Virus record (IMG/VR): IMGVR_UViG_3300042997_000753
Reading direction: 5' to 3' (one strand)
Source of the DNA: an uncultured virus (IMG/VR IMGVR_UViG_3300042997_000753)
Lineage: Duplodnaviria; Heunggongvirae; Uroviricota; Caudoviricetes
DNA: 64,000 bases
Notes under the pieces: model-generated
Databases searched by the model: none
The model's input: the letters and a program-made list of their open reading frames with translations, nothing else
Told to the model about the DNA's origin: nothing
Translations under genes and position numbers: made by a program
Part shown: piece after piece, positions 25,814 through 35,550 of the stretch
Position numbering within the stretch: position 1 is the stretch's first letter
How the letters are laid out: each line of letters begins with the position of its first letter

Positions 25814-26206
25814 ATGGATTTAAAGGATACCTATACTTCGGTATTCCTCAAAGCCGCTGGTCAACCCTTTGACGAGAATATCATAAAAAAATTTCGTAGT
25901 ACCTGGTGGCAAAATGTCAGAGGTAAAGACTGCGGCGGCTTAAGACTTACAGATCAAGGGTTAGAATTTGTAGAAACTTATTCTCAAATCAAAACATATA
26001 AAGTTGAAATATTAAAAGAAATTAGTATAACTCCACAAATACTAGTTTGGTTAGATCAATTTATCGAGTCCCCATACCATTTAACTAAAAAACATATTGT
26101 TGTTTTAAGAGAAAAATCTGCCTTTGAACTGTATTTGTTTTCAGGAGATGTAAGAAAAATGGGTTATGCCAAAGCAATGCATCAAAGGCTTAGCCAAGAA
26201 TCCTGA
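25814..26206 (+). CDS. hypothetical protein
   Basis: 130-aa ORF abutting the upstream stop. Confidence 0.7.
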   Translation: MDLKDTYTSVFLKAAGQPFDENIIKKFRSTWWQNVRGKDCGGLRLTDQGLEFVETYSQIKTYKVEILKEISITPQILVWLDQFIESPYHLTKKHIVVLREKSAFELYLFSGDVRKMGYAKAMHQRLSQES

Positions 26207-26223
26207 TCAAATTATTTGTTATC

Positions 26224-26231
26224 TATAAATA
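26224..26231 (+). promoter_or_regulatory. T4 late promoter consensus TATAAATA
   Basis: Exact match, 8 nt before ATG 26240. Confidence 0.6.
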
Positions 26232-26239
26232 TTTTTACA

Positions 26240-26512
26240 ATGATCGAATATAATCCTTTAGACATTTTAAAGAAAAGATCACTTCGAGTGATGCCTCCAC
26301 ATTTTGGAAAAATTAAACTCGAAGAAATAGATTTTTTTACAGGTGAAGTTGAAAACTGGATTCGAATCAAATTAAAAGGTAGATATGCTGTCGTGAAACT
26401 TTCAAGTATAGAAAACGATAGCAAATTGAAATCCGCAATATTTGCGGGATTTGAAGATCATAAAGAACTGACATATTTTATGTTAGCATGCCCATATCTA
26501 AGGAGAAACTAA
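26240..26512 (+). CDS. hypothetical protein
   Basis: ATG 26240 within ORF 26216..26512. Confidence 0.65.
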   Translation: MIEYNPLDILKKRSLRVMPPHFGKIKLEEIDFFTGEVENWIRIKLKGRYAVVKLSSIENDSKLKSAIFAGFEDHKELTYFMLACPYLRRN

Positions 26513-26733
26513 TGGACCAAGAAACTACACAAGCGCAAACGGCGCCAGCTACAGAGCCACAAGCAGCACCAGCAGCACCAGATCTTAATCTAAGCGATCT
26601 TGCATCTCTTAGAAGTATTTTGGAAGTTGCATCTAGTAGGGGTGCATTCAAAGCAGCAGAGCTAGAAGCTGTTGGTAAGACTTTTAATAAGTTAAATACT
26701 TTTCTAGAATCTGTTGCAGCTAAAAAGGAATAA
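26512..26733 (+). CDS. hypothetical protein (SRGAFKAAE motif)
   Basis: SD AAGGAG; TAATG overlap. Confidence 0.7.
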   Translation: MDQETTQAQTAPATEPQAAPAAPDLNLSDLASLRSILEVASSRGAFKAAELEAVGKTFNKLNTFLESVAAKKE

Positions 26734-26734
26734 T

Positions 26735-27343
26735 ATGAAAAATCTTAAACACGTAGGTAAGATAAAAAACACAGGATCAAAAGTTCTTGTAGTTTTTAGA
26801 ACGTTACCTGGTGAGTCAAATATGGCATTGGTTGTGCAAACATCTCCGTTGCCAGACCAATATCATAATGCAATTATTGATCTTGTGGACCAAGATGTTG
26901 CACAGGATGCATGGGAATTTGGAGAAATCCTTTTCACTCGACCATTCCCTGACGGACGCCCTATGTTACAGGCATTACAGGCAGATAATCGTTTGATAAA
27001 AGTAGCCACTGATACTATTATCATGACACCTACTCCAAATTCAGAAATTTCACTGCATGAGCTAAATTCATTTATTGCAGAACAAAAAAATTGTGCAATA
27101 GATGATTTGTATACGTTTACCAAAGGTGCTCCTGCTAAGAAAGAAACTGCAACATCAGTTCAAGAAACTGTTAGCGCAGCTGCCTCAACCAATGAAGTGC
27201 TTACTGATCGTGATATAGCTCGCAATTTTAGAAGTCAGGCAGATGCTATGTACAAAGAAGCAGCAAGACTACGAAAGCAAGCAGACGATTTAGATCCTCC
27301 AGCAAAGAAAGCGGCAAAGGCCAAAGAAGCCGAAAGTGCCTAA
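26735..27343 (+). CDS. hypothetical protein
   Basis: SD AAGGA before ATG 26735. Confidence 0.7.
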   Translation: MKNLKHVGKIKNTGSKVLVVFRTLPGESNMALVVQTSPLPDQYHNAIIDLVDQDVAQDAWEFGEILFTRPFPDGRPMLQALQADNRLIKVATDTIIMTPTPNSEISLHELNSFIAEQKNCAIDDLYTFTKGAPAKKETATSVQETVSAAASTNEVLTDRDIARNFRSQADAMYKEAARLRKQADDLDPPAKKAAKAKEAESA

Positions 27344-27641
27344 ACATTTATTTAGGCCGCCCATTCATTTGATCAAGGAATGGCCGGAAGTTTTTGAAGA
27401 TATGTATATGAATACTATGCCAGTAGCATATTTAAAAAGCGTCCGGTTAGAATTTAACAATGGTAGAATATGGGAAATCGATATTCAAGAGCAGCTGGAT
27501 AATGCAACTAACGACATTGTTGCTGAAAAACTGTTAGACACATTTCAAGAATATAGAGAAGATATTACTAAAGTAGATTTTTCTATTGACATTCAGCGTC
27601 TAAAACAAGACATAACTGATAAAACTAAAAAGTTGTTTTAA
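27336..27641 (+). CDS. hypothetical protein
   Basis: GTG start overlapping the upstream gene; last plus-strand gene before the convergence point. Confidence 0.65.
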   Translation: MPKHLFRPPIHLIKEWPEVFEDMYMNTMPVAYLKSVRLEFNNGRIWEIDIQEQLDNATNDIVAEKLLDTFQEYREDITKVDFSIDIQRLKQDITDKTKKLF

Positions 27642-27646
27642 ACAGT

Positions 27647-28438
27647 TTATTGGGGTAAATTATTAATAATTATATCCGACCAATTTTTTACAAAAATAGG
27701 TCCTGGATGTAGATTGTCTCTACCACAATCAACACTAAAATTTCCTATCGGTATAGTTTTTTGATTATGAACAATTGACCTTAAAAAATCTAAAGTTTCT
27801 TTATCCCACGAAGACCATATTATTTCAACATCGAATACTTTAGCTGTTAATTCAGCCATTCTTATGTAATCATATAGGTATGCTAAACAAGTATCAGTAC
27901 TAAAAAAGCTATAGGCGTGGTGGTGTAATTCTTTGTTATTTGGATTTATCCAATTAGGAATTAAATTCAAATAAGCCCATGCTGAAAAAGAATTATTAAA
28001 TTCTGGACGATGAATCCTGTCGGCTGTAGGAAGAGTTATAATTGCTGTTTTTACAGGACAATATTGAATAAAATTACTAAACGTCTTGAGTATGTTTATA
28101 GCTGATGCGCCGGGCTGCCCAATATTATAACATTCTGTTTTTATATTCTCCTGTACCACAGTTGCTATGTCTTTTTCTACTCCGATTCCAAACGTAACAC
28201 TACATCCAAAAAAAGCAATGGCATCTTTATTAAAAGACCAATTGTTACCTCGGTAGCCATATTTGTTTATGTGATATTGCCAAAGATCGTTTATAGCACC
28301 TGGTTCTGCAGAATGCAAATACACTGTTGAATACTCTCTTCCTAGCATTTTTTCTTTTGTAGAATGAGTATAGACAAAATGATTTAGCTCACAAATATTA
28401 TCAAGAGTTATATGTAATTTTTGAAATTTATTTGACAT
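27647..28438 (-). CDS. SGNH/GDSL-like hydrolase or acyltransferase
   Basis: NKYGYRG, FGCSVTFG, NIGQPGAS and RDNLHPG motifs. Confidence 0.6.
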   Translation of the reverse strand: MSNKFQKLHITLDNICELNHFVYTHSTKEKMLGREYSTVYLHSAEPGAINDLWQYHINKYGYRGNNWSFNKDAIAFFGCSVTFGIGVEKDIATVVQENIKTECYNIGQPGASAINILKTFSNFIQYCPVKTAIITLPTADRIHRPEFNNSFSAWAYLNLIPNWINPNNKELHHHAYSFFSTDTCLAYLYDYIRMAELTAKVFDVEIIWSSWDKETLDFLRSIVHNQKTIPIGNFSVDCGRDNLHPGPIFVKNWSDIIINNLPQ

Positions 28439-28469
28439 TATAGTCTATTAGAAATATGTGTTATTATGG

Positions 28470-29969
28470 TTAATATTTAGCCAGTGGAGTATTGATATTT
28501 TTATTGTCAGGATTTAGTATCCAGCCTTCGCTTTCGGCCAATTTTTTTAATTCTTGATCATTGTCGTACTGTTTGGTACTATTACCATTAACTAGACTCT
28601 GTATCTTATCTAATTTAGTTTCGGGAATTTTATCTAACCAATCTAACAATATCTGAGGAAAAACTTGTATAGTTTTTTTACGTCGTTGATCATATTGTTG
28701 ATAAAAACTTTTAAAATCTCTCCATAGCGTAATCTTGTTACTAGTTCTTCGGTGCGGAGCATCAACTACTATAAGGTAATCTATCAATCGAGCAATACTG
28801 GCTTTTTCAAATTCGTGTAATAATTGAGTATCCTTGTGTCGATTATACCACTGTTCTAAATTAATTCTGCAATGATCTTTTATATGGTCAGGTAATGCAA
28901 GCGGGCTTTGAAAACTAGGAAATCTCAATAGGTTAACACTAATGGTAGGATTGTTATTATATTGTTTTTTTAGTTCTAACATTTCATCAAAAAAGTCAGT
29001 GATACTGAAAAGACAAAGACTGTTGATTGTCATCATGACATGAACTCCTTGATAGTTTCCTTCCTCTAAAACTCTGATAACATTTTTCTTCCATACTTTA
29101 TAATCTAATCCATCTCGAATATATTCTGCATGATCGCCAACTGCTTCGCAACTTGTATATAGATGAAATTGATTGATGTTTTTTGTTTTTTCTATAAGTT
29201 TATCTATAATATCATCTTTGGCAATAAGATTGCTATTAATAGCAAAACGCATTTTACTGTTTTGATTATTGAACCAATCTATCAATTTCCAAGTATGTCC
29301 GCTCATTAGGGGTTCGCCGCCAGTGATTCTTAATTCATCTAGACTTTGACTAAGTCCAGCATCCCACCATTTCCAAAATGCCTGTATGTACGGATTATCG
29401 GCATCGTTACTGTAAGGTTCTACCCACGACCCATCCTGTTGGAAGGCTGCTGCACCATCGCTGACTAAATTTTGATATGCTCCAACTTTCTTTATATCTT
29501 TAGCCCACGTGGTACTAAAACTTGCATTACAGTATGAACATGCTAAATTGCATACTCTGTCAAAACTAATTTCAAGAGTTTTAAGTTCTGTATTGTGATC
29601 CCATGGGTTGTTATATATTGATTCTATCTCTTGGTCTTTATAGATAACAGTCTTAAATATCCTATCTGAAATATTATCCTTACCAATATCTTCAATTTTC
29701 CAACAATACTCACACTCCGCTGGCTTGTCGCCTTCGATCATCATTTTTCGCATAAGTTTTTTATGCTTGGTATTATGAATTGCAGTATGATTATCTTTCA
29801 ATTCTTCTAAAGGAATATTGTGTGCAGGTGGATGATGACAACTGGTTGTTGAACCACTGCCTAACCATATTGTGGCATTTAACCATTTGGCTGCACAAAA
29901 ACTTTCGCTTTTGATGTCAATTACTCGCTTACGATAATCAACTAATGTTTCGTATGATTTCTTAGGCAT
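28470..29969 (-). CDS. radical SAM protein with N-terminal twitch-like Cys domain
   Basis: CNLACSYC, ITGGEPL; N-terminal FC.AKW...SCHHP...CEYCW. Confidence 0.85.
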   Translation of the reverse strand: MPKKSYETLVDYRKRVIDIKSESFCAAKWLNATIWLGSGSTTSCHHPPAHNIPLEELKDNHTAIHNTKHKKLMRKMMIEGDKPAECEYCWKIEDIGKDNISDRIFKTVIYKDQEIESIYNNPWDHNTELKTLEISFDRVCNLACSYCNASFSTTWAKDIKKVGAYQNLVSDGAAAFQQDGSWVEPYSNDADNPYIQAFWKWWDAGLSQSLDELRITGGEPLMSGHTWKLIDWFNNQNSKMRFAINSNLIAKDDIIDKLIEKTKNINQFHLYTSCEAVGDHAEYIRDGLDYKVWKKNVIRVLEEGNYQGVHVMMTINSLCLFSITDFFDEMLELKKQYNNNPTISVNLLRFPSFQSPLALPDHIKDHCRINLEQWYNRHKDTQLLHEFEKASIARLIDYLIVVDAPHRRTSNKITLWRDFKSFYQQYDQRRKKTIQVFPQILLDWLDKIPETKLDKIQSLVNGNSTKQYDNDQELKKLAESEGWILNPDNKNINTPLAKY

Positions 29970-31335
29970 TCCATTCTTTTAAAAATTCTGCGTATTCAGG
30001 AAAGGTAGTTAAGAAATTTGTAGATCTCCTACGATCATATTCGTTAATAAATTTAACAAAATCTTTTCTTTTTTCTAAATCGCTAGATGCTGTAATAAAA
30101 TAATCACAAAATCTTTTTATTTGATCCCATTCTTCTAAATAAAGTCTAGCAAATTTTTCTGTACTGTTATATTTTAGCCAACTTTTTGAAATTTCTAAAA
30201 TTTCTTTAGCATATTTTTGCCTCATTTCCAAAGGCATTAATGTAGAACTAAGATGCGCTGGCCAGCGGAGGTAGTTTATGCTAATTGGCACTCTATTAAA
30301 TTCGCAACTAGGATTGTAATCTTTTCGTAGCTGCATAACCATATTAATAAACTCTGTAAAACTAGATATGCTTAATATGTTAATAGTAGTCATTATTGCT
30401 ACTGTTGATTGTGTTTCAGATAAACAACGTCGAATGTTATGCGACCAACGAGCGTAATCTAATCCGTATCTAGAATATTCTGCACGATGTTCAATGCTTT
30501 CGAGGCTGGTATATATGTCTATCTTTTTAACTAAAGGCTTTATTAAATTAACTTCAGAAATAAATCGATCAATAAGTTTATTTTCAACTGACAAGTTTGT
30601 GTTTATTGCAATTTCCAAATTAGGCTGTGGATTATTTCTAATATATTCTAGTACCTTCCATGTATCTTTACTCATCAACGGTTCGCCGCCAGTAATTCGA
30701 AATACTCGCAAATGAGGTAATGCTTCGGGAAACCATTTCCAAAATGCATCAACATAGGGATTGTCGGCATTGTGTGCATACGGATATCTACCAATACTCT
30801 TATACTGACTAACATCATTATTACTTTCGGCGATAGGATAAGGTCCGTATTGATTAATTTCTTCCAACCATTTGCTACTAATCTCCGGACTGCAATAGCT
30901 GCATTTAAGATTACAAGCATTAGAAAAGCTAACTTCTAAATAACTAGGAAAAATGTTGGTTGTAGGATCACTGGTTGCAATTTCATCGATTCTGTCCCAG
31001 GCCCAATAATCAGCTGACTTATAATGTCTATCCGAAAAGTATTTTTTATCTAAATCTTCAATCTTCCAACAATAATCACATTCAGCAGGACGTTCGCCTG
31101 CCAACATCATTTCTCTTTGTTTTTTCTTATGTTGGCTGTTGTGTAATGCTGCTGGATTATTTTTTACTTCTTCAATAGGAATTTTATGGGGACTAGGATG
31201 ATGGCAACTGTGATTATATCCGTTCTGTAGGTATAAGGTAGTTTGTAACCATTTAGCCGTACAGAAGCTAGGACTAATTAAATTTATTTTATCTCTTTTA
31301 TCGTTAAGAACAAATATCTTTTGCTCGTTGCTCAT
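29962..31335 (-). CDS. radical SAM protein with N-terminal twitch-like Cys domain (paralogue)
   Basis: CNLKCSYC, ITGGEPL; same N-terminal motifs as 28470..29969. Confidence 0.85.
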   Translation of the reverse strand: MSNEQKIFVLNDKRDKINLISPSFCTAKWLQTTLYLQNGYNHSCHHPSPHKIPIEEVKNNPAALHNSQHKKKQREMMLAGERPAECDYCWKIEDLDKKYFSDRHYKSADYWAWDRIDEIATSDPTTNIFPSYLEVSFSNACNLKCSYCSPEISSKWLEEINQYGPYPIAESNNDVSQYKSIGRYPYAHNADNPYVDAFWKWFPEALPHLRVFRITGGEPLMSKDTWKVLEYIRNNPQPNLEIAINTNLSVENKLIDRFISEVNLIKPLVKKIDIYTSLESIEHRAEYSRYGLDYARWSHNIRRCLSETQSTVAIMTTINILSISSFTEFINMVMQLRKDYNPSCEFNRVPISINYLRWPAHLSSTLMPLEMRQKYAKEILEISKSWLKYNSTEKFARLYLEEWDQIKRFCDYFITASSDLEKRKDFVKFINEYDRRRSTNFLTTFPEYAEFLKEWNA

Positions 31336-31999
31336 ATTGTTCCTTTAACCATTCAAAATCGTTGATTTTTTTAAGTTCTTTTAAAATATTTCGATTAGCT
31401 AAACCAAATTTTCTACCAGCTAACGCTCCCGATATTGCAAATTTGCCAAATGGTTTGTCATTCCCCTCAGAACACCATATTTTTAATCTTTCAGAAGTTT
31501 CATAATCTTGTTGTCTATCGATTATTCTACTAGACAATTTAACACATTCTCGAAATGCAGACTTCCAAGTATTAAACGGGTCAGTGTTAAATGCAGTGAA
31601 ATTAGATATCGTTGGCATTTCTTTAAAATGTTTAGATATACTAGTGGTCATGTCGGGACAGGTAACATCCATATTAATTGTTTCTAACTTAGGTAATAGT
31701 TTTACACCACCGTATCCGTAGACTAATCCATTAACAGGATTTTGGCTGTGCCATACATGCACATGTTCTTTTTCTAATTTGTTTACTTCATAGTTAAAAT
31801 TAAAATCATCTGCAATCACTGAGTCTCCGTCAACAACATAAAACATTTTTGTTAGTGACTGCTTTGCTGCTGCTATATGGGCTTGGTGAATTCCTTTAAC
31901 TCCATGAATTCTTTGAGCTATAGGAAACCTAGATTTTAATTTTGTCCAATTTTCGTCTGCATTAGGTTCTTGATAACTGATAAAAAATATCTCAAACAC
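31304..31999 (-). CDS. GT-A-like glycosyltransferase
   Basis: FISYQEPNAD, VVDGD (DxD), YGYGGVK; GTG start at 31999 aligns with the paralogue. Confidence 0.6.
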   Translation of the reverse strand: MFEIFFISYQEPNADENWTKLKSRFPIAQRIHGVKGIHQAHIAAAKQSLTKMFYVVDGDSVIADDFNFNYEVNKLEKEHVHVWHSQNPVNGLVYGYGGVKLLPKLETINMDVTCPDMTTSISKHFKEMPTISNFTAFNTDPFNTWKSAFRECVKLSSRIIDRQQDYETSERLKIWCSEGNDKPFGKFAISGALAGRKFGLANRNILKELKKINDFEWLKEQYEQRAKDICS

Positions 32000-32003
32000 T
32001 ATA

Positions 32004-32879
32004 TTACCTATGATATGTGTTGAACAACCGGAAAGATTCGGTATACATGTCAAACATATACTTACTGTGTTGTGTATCAAAGTATGGATAATCAAACCCT
32101 AAAGAATATTTAATTTTTATTCCTAAGTCTTTTATGTCATCTTCTATTGATTCATGATTAACATTTTGTTCGTAAATATTTTTTAAGATTTCAAAATCTC
32201 TCACATCAACATAATTCCAGTTTGTGCAGTTGGTCATCCATGTTCCCATACGTGCGCCAAGAATTGCATATGCACCGTTTTCTTCGTGCATGCCCACAGT
32301 TGACCACATACGCAGTCTATGTAAATTATGCCACCACACTCGTTCTTTAATTTCTTGAGGAGGCACTCGAACTCCGTCATGCAGTGTCATTTTAACACCT
32401 TCGCGGAATCCTGCTCTCCATGCTTGGAATGGACTACCTGTGATAACTGTTTCACTGTAGCAATCTTTAAATTGGTGATATCCTGATTCCCAACAAAAAT
32501 CTACTTGCGCTCTATCACTATCACTAGCTTCGTGACTTTTCATATTTAAAATGAAATCTTTTTTCCACATTTTTAGGCCGCCATTACCATACAACAATCC
32601 GTTGATACGATTTTTTGCAGTCCAACTACATACTTCAATTTTAGGATCTTCTTTAATGTCTAAGTTAAAAAAATTAACATCTACTATATTATCGGCATCA
32701 ACTGTAATTACCCATTCGGTTTCGCTTAGTTCTGCTGCGGCCTTGTGAGCAGCATCACTGCCTTTTATGCCGTGTACTCTTTTGGCCCAAGGAACTTTAT
32801 TGCATAAGTCTGCATAATGCAGATCTGCATTAGGTTCATCATAGCTTAAAAATACAATGTCTAGTTCTACGGTTTTCAT
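32004..32879 (-). CDS. GT-A-like glycosyltransferase (paralogue of 31304..31999)
   Basis: FLSYDEPNAD, TVDADN, YGNGGLK, WRAGFREGVK. Confidence 0.6.
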   Translation of the reverse strand: MKTVELDIVFLSYDEPNADLHYADLCNKVPWAKRVHGIKGSDAAHKAAAELSETEWVITVDADNIVDVNFFNLDIKEDPKIEVCSWTAKNRINGLLYGNGGLKMWKKDFILNMKSHEASDSDRAQVDFCWESGYHQFKDCYSETVITGSPFQAWRAGFREGVKMTLHDGVRVPPQEIKERVWWHNLHRLRMWSTVGMHEENGAYAILGARMGTWMTNCTNWNYVDVRDFEILKNIYEQNVNHESIEDDIKDLGIKIKYSLGFDYPYFDTQHSKYMFDMYTESFRLFNTYHR

Positions 32880-33466
32880 ATTTTTTCAAAAACATAATTT
32901 TTTAATATTCTTCTTGTAAAAATACTAAATCTTTTGTGGGGAGCAGTATAGATAAATTCTTTAGAACCTTGTTCTAAATCTTTTAATTGAAAAACTATTG
33001 TTTGGTAAAGATTATGTGGATCATTGTAAGCCGTGATAAAAAACTGCATTTCAGTACTTCCGTCCCATTGAATCTTTCTAGTTTTAATCGAATTGTGTAA
33101 AACAACAATTATTTTATTTTCTAATTCATTATATTGAATAATAATATCATTTTTTTGATCGGGCACATATTTTTTATCAATTACTCTATGCAATACATCG
33201 TCAATCTTAACAAGACTGTGCCTAGTGACAATTTCAACTGTTTCAGAATCCATGTCTACAAAACAAGAATTCAATTGAACTATTCCATTATGTATATCTT
33301 CTGCTAGATCTCTATCAATTTTTATTTTATATTGTTTGTCACTGGCAGCAATATCAGGATAAATTCCAGTAACTTCACCGGTAGTAGGTTCAAAAATTGC
33401 CCAGTATTCTACCTGTGGCGCAGTATATTGCTGTAACCAACTGTCAAAATCAATTATTTCTTCCAT
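32876..33466 (-). CDS. hypothetical protein
   Basis: 196-aa operonic ORF. Confidence 0.7.
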   Translation of the reverse strand: MEEIIDFDSWLQQYTAPQVEYWAIFEPTTGEVTGIYPDIAASDKQYKIKIDRDLAEDIHNGIVQLNSCFVDMDSETVEIVTRHSLVKIDDVLHRVIDKKYVPDQKNDIIIQYNELENKIIVVLHNSIKTRKIQWDGSTEMQFFITAYNDPHNLYQTIVFQLKDLEQGSKEFIYTAPHKRFSIFTRRILKNYVFEKI

Positions 33467-34293
33467 AGTATTTCCTCTAAAATGCTGATGATTTCGTCGG
33501 TTACATAATTTTTTTCGTTATAATGAACAATATCTTGTTGCTGATAATTTCCAATTTTTAATTTACCTTGCAGATCAAAATAAAATCCGACATGATCAGA
33601 AACTTTATCAGCAGGCCAAGGCCAATTTTGTATCATTGGTTTTAAGTGTACTACTTTAGGAAATTCTAAATCATAGCTTATATCATCTTGAATGTCTAAA
33701 ATTTTTGCAGCTAGAGAAAATGCTTCGTCTGTGCCTACAACTTTTGGAATATACTTTTCTAGAAATAGATTTTTAAATTCGTTAGGATTTTTTAAAATGT
33801 ATCGACCTAGGGAAAAAAACTCTTCTGCTATTTCAGAATCTTTTTTAAAGAAAGTATAAAATGAATACAGATTAGGGAGATCATTAAGTTCAAATGTTTT
33901 TCTATAATACAAATCTTTTACAATCTCTCCGCGATAGGTATATGACTTATTGGGAATATATAATTCAGAGTTATCAATAAAGTATTCAGCCCAATGACTG
34001 TAGTCTCTAAAAAACAACATGTCTGCATCTAGGCATATGGTATTATCCCAGGGGCTTAACTTATCCATCCAACTTCGACCATCCCAAAAAGTTTCTTGAT
34101 TCCATTCAATAATTTCATTAAATACCCAAGAACTTTTTAGTTTTTTAACGTCTTCGATATTATCAGTTACTAATGCTACGTTATCAAATCCTTCTTGTTG
34201 AGTATTTTTAATGCTTAGTGCTAGGGCATAGGCCAATTTCAAATAGTTAACTGAATCGTTTTTAGAAATTACAATGAGGTATCCAAAAGTCAT
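33454..34293 (-). CDS. GT-A (GT8-like) glycosyltransferase
   Basis: AYALALSIK, SPWDNTICLDADMLF, TDEAF. Confidence 0.7.
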   Translation of the reverse strand: MTFGYLIVISKNDSVNYLKLAYALALSIKNTQQEGFDNVALVTDNIEDVKKLKSSWVFNEIIEWNQETFWDGRSWMDKLSPWDNTICLDADMLFFRDYSHWAEYFIDNSELYIPNKSYTYRGEIVKDLYYRKTFELNDLPNLYSFYTFFKKDSEIAEEFFSLGRYILKNPNEFKNLFLEKYIPKVVGTDEAFSLAAKILDIQDDISYDLEFPKVVHLKPMIQNWPWPADKVSDHVGFYFDLQGKLKIGNYQQQDIVHYNEKNYVTDEIISILEEILWKK

Positions 34294-35147
34294 AGTATCT
34301 CCAAGAATTCTTTTGCATTTCTGATTATGCTTTGTTTATTCATTACATGAACATCTAAATCTTTGATCGATGCAATAACTACATGATCTTCACTTGCACT
34401 GTCATTTAGATAAACCCGTAGTTGATTCTCAGCAATAGAATGAATTAGATCCTTATCTAGTAATGTTAATATTGGAGGAAGATCTTCTCCTCTATTTTCA
34501 AAACCATTTAGCATATGCTTTGCTATGCTAAAAGAAATGTCATTTCTGTATTGTTTAGGATTAAATCTAAATAAATCTGCAAAATAATTATAGTTTGTTC
34601 TAATAACATCTACTAGATCAAAAAATATTTTAGATTCATTGTTTTTAGTAAACATCACTGTGGTAGCCCAGTATAAGGGAATTCCAGTTTCAGATACCCA
34701 AGAATCTAAAATACCTTTTCTATCTCCTCTAACATCTTTCATAGACGGAGATAACATTACACCTGAATCAATGTTCCAATACTCGTTAAGTCTATCAGAC
34801 ATTATTAAAAAATCACTGTCTATTAATAACGTTCTGTCATATGGGGTAAGATCCCAAACTGAAGCCCTATTTGAATTTACAAAAGGAACTGTTTTTGAAG
34901 TATATCCATCGTTGAGTACACGAATATTTTGAGTAACGGGTTTTTCAATTTCTATAATTTTATCAAAAATTTCTTTAGAAAGGTCATAGATATTGGATGT
35001 CTGCATCCATTCCACAGTGAACTTATCAACTACTAAAGACACCGGAACTTGTAAATTTGCTTTTGCAAACTTTGCAGATACTAAAGACATTAAAGCATAA
35101 TCAATATCTCTGCTATTATGAGCAAATATTAATATTCCTCTTTTCAT
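34290..35147 (-). CDS. GT-A (GT8-like) glycosyltransferase
   Basis: TPYDRTLLIDSDFL, RNDISFSIA, HVMNK. Confidence 0.7.
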   Translation of the reverse strand: MKRGILIFAHNSRDIDYALMSLVSAKFAKANLQVPVSLVVDKFTVEWMQTSNIYDLSKEIFDKIIEIEKPVTQNIRVLNDGYTSKTVPFVNSNRASVWDLTPYDRTLLIDSDFLIMSDRLNEYWNIDSGVMLSPSMKDVRGDRKGILDSWVSETGIPLYWATTVMFTKNNESKIFFDLVDVIRTNYNYFADLFRFNPKQYRNDISFSIAKHMLNGFENRGEDLPPILTLLDKDLIHSIAENQLRVYLNDSASEDHVVIASIKDLDVHVMNKQSIIRNAKEFLEIL

Positions 35148-35494
35148 AAATCTACTAATTTTTCAACCGTTCTGCTTTTTTTAATAGCATCATATTCGCT
35201 CATATATTGAAAACTAGCCGAGAAATATCTATCAAAAATTTCATCTCGAAATTGAACTAGATCGTCAATCAGAACAGGATTTTCATTGCTGTCAATTAAC
35301 GGTATATTAGAAACTCTTCCCAGGTCAATACATAATTGTACAAAAGAAATTAAAGATCTGTCAATATGAAAAATACCGCCGGCGGTACCATATGTTAATT
35401 TAGTTTGTAATTTTTCTTTTAGAAGCTTTCTTTGTATTGCAAGTGTTTGACGGTACTTTGAAAAATCCAATGCGGTTTGTAAACGGTCGTCCAT
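35144..35494 (-). CDS. hypothetical protein, first gene of the glycosylation cluster
   Basis: SD GAGGA upstream of ATG 35494. Confidence 0.65.
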   Translation of the reverse strand: MDDRLQTALDFSKYRQTLAIQRKLLKEKLQTKLTYGTAGGIFHIDRSLISFVQLCIDLGRVSNIPLIDSNENPVLIDDLVQFRDEIFDRYFSASFQYMSEYDAIKKSRTVEKLVDL

Positions 35495-35510
35495 AATCAT
35501 CCTCAGTTAT

Positions 35511-35535
35511 AGTAGCATATTATTTATATGCTGCT
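35511..35535 (-). promoter_or_regulatory. late promoter TATAAATA inside an inverted repeat
   Basis: Exact TATAAATA on the minus strand at 35521-35528; arms AGTAGCATAT / ATATGCTGCT. Confidence 0.6.
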
Positions 35536-35550
35536 GTTATTGATGAAAAA

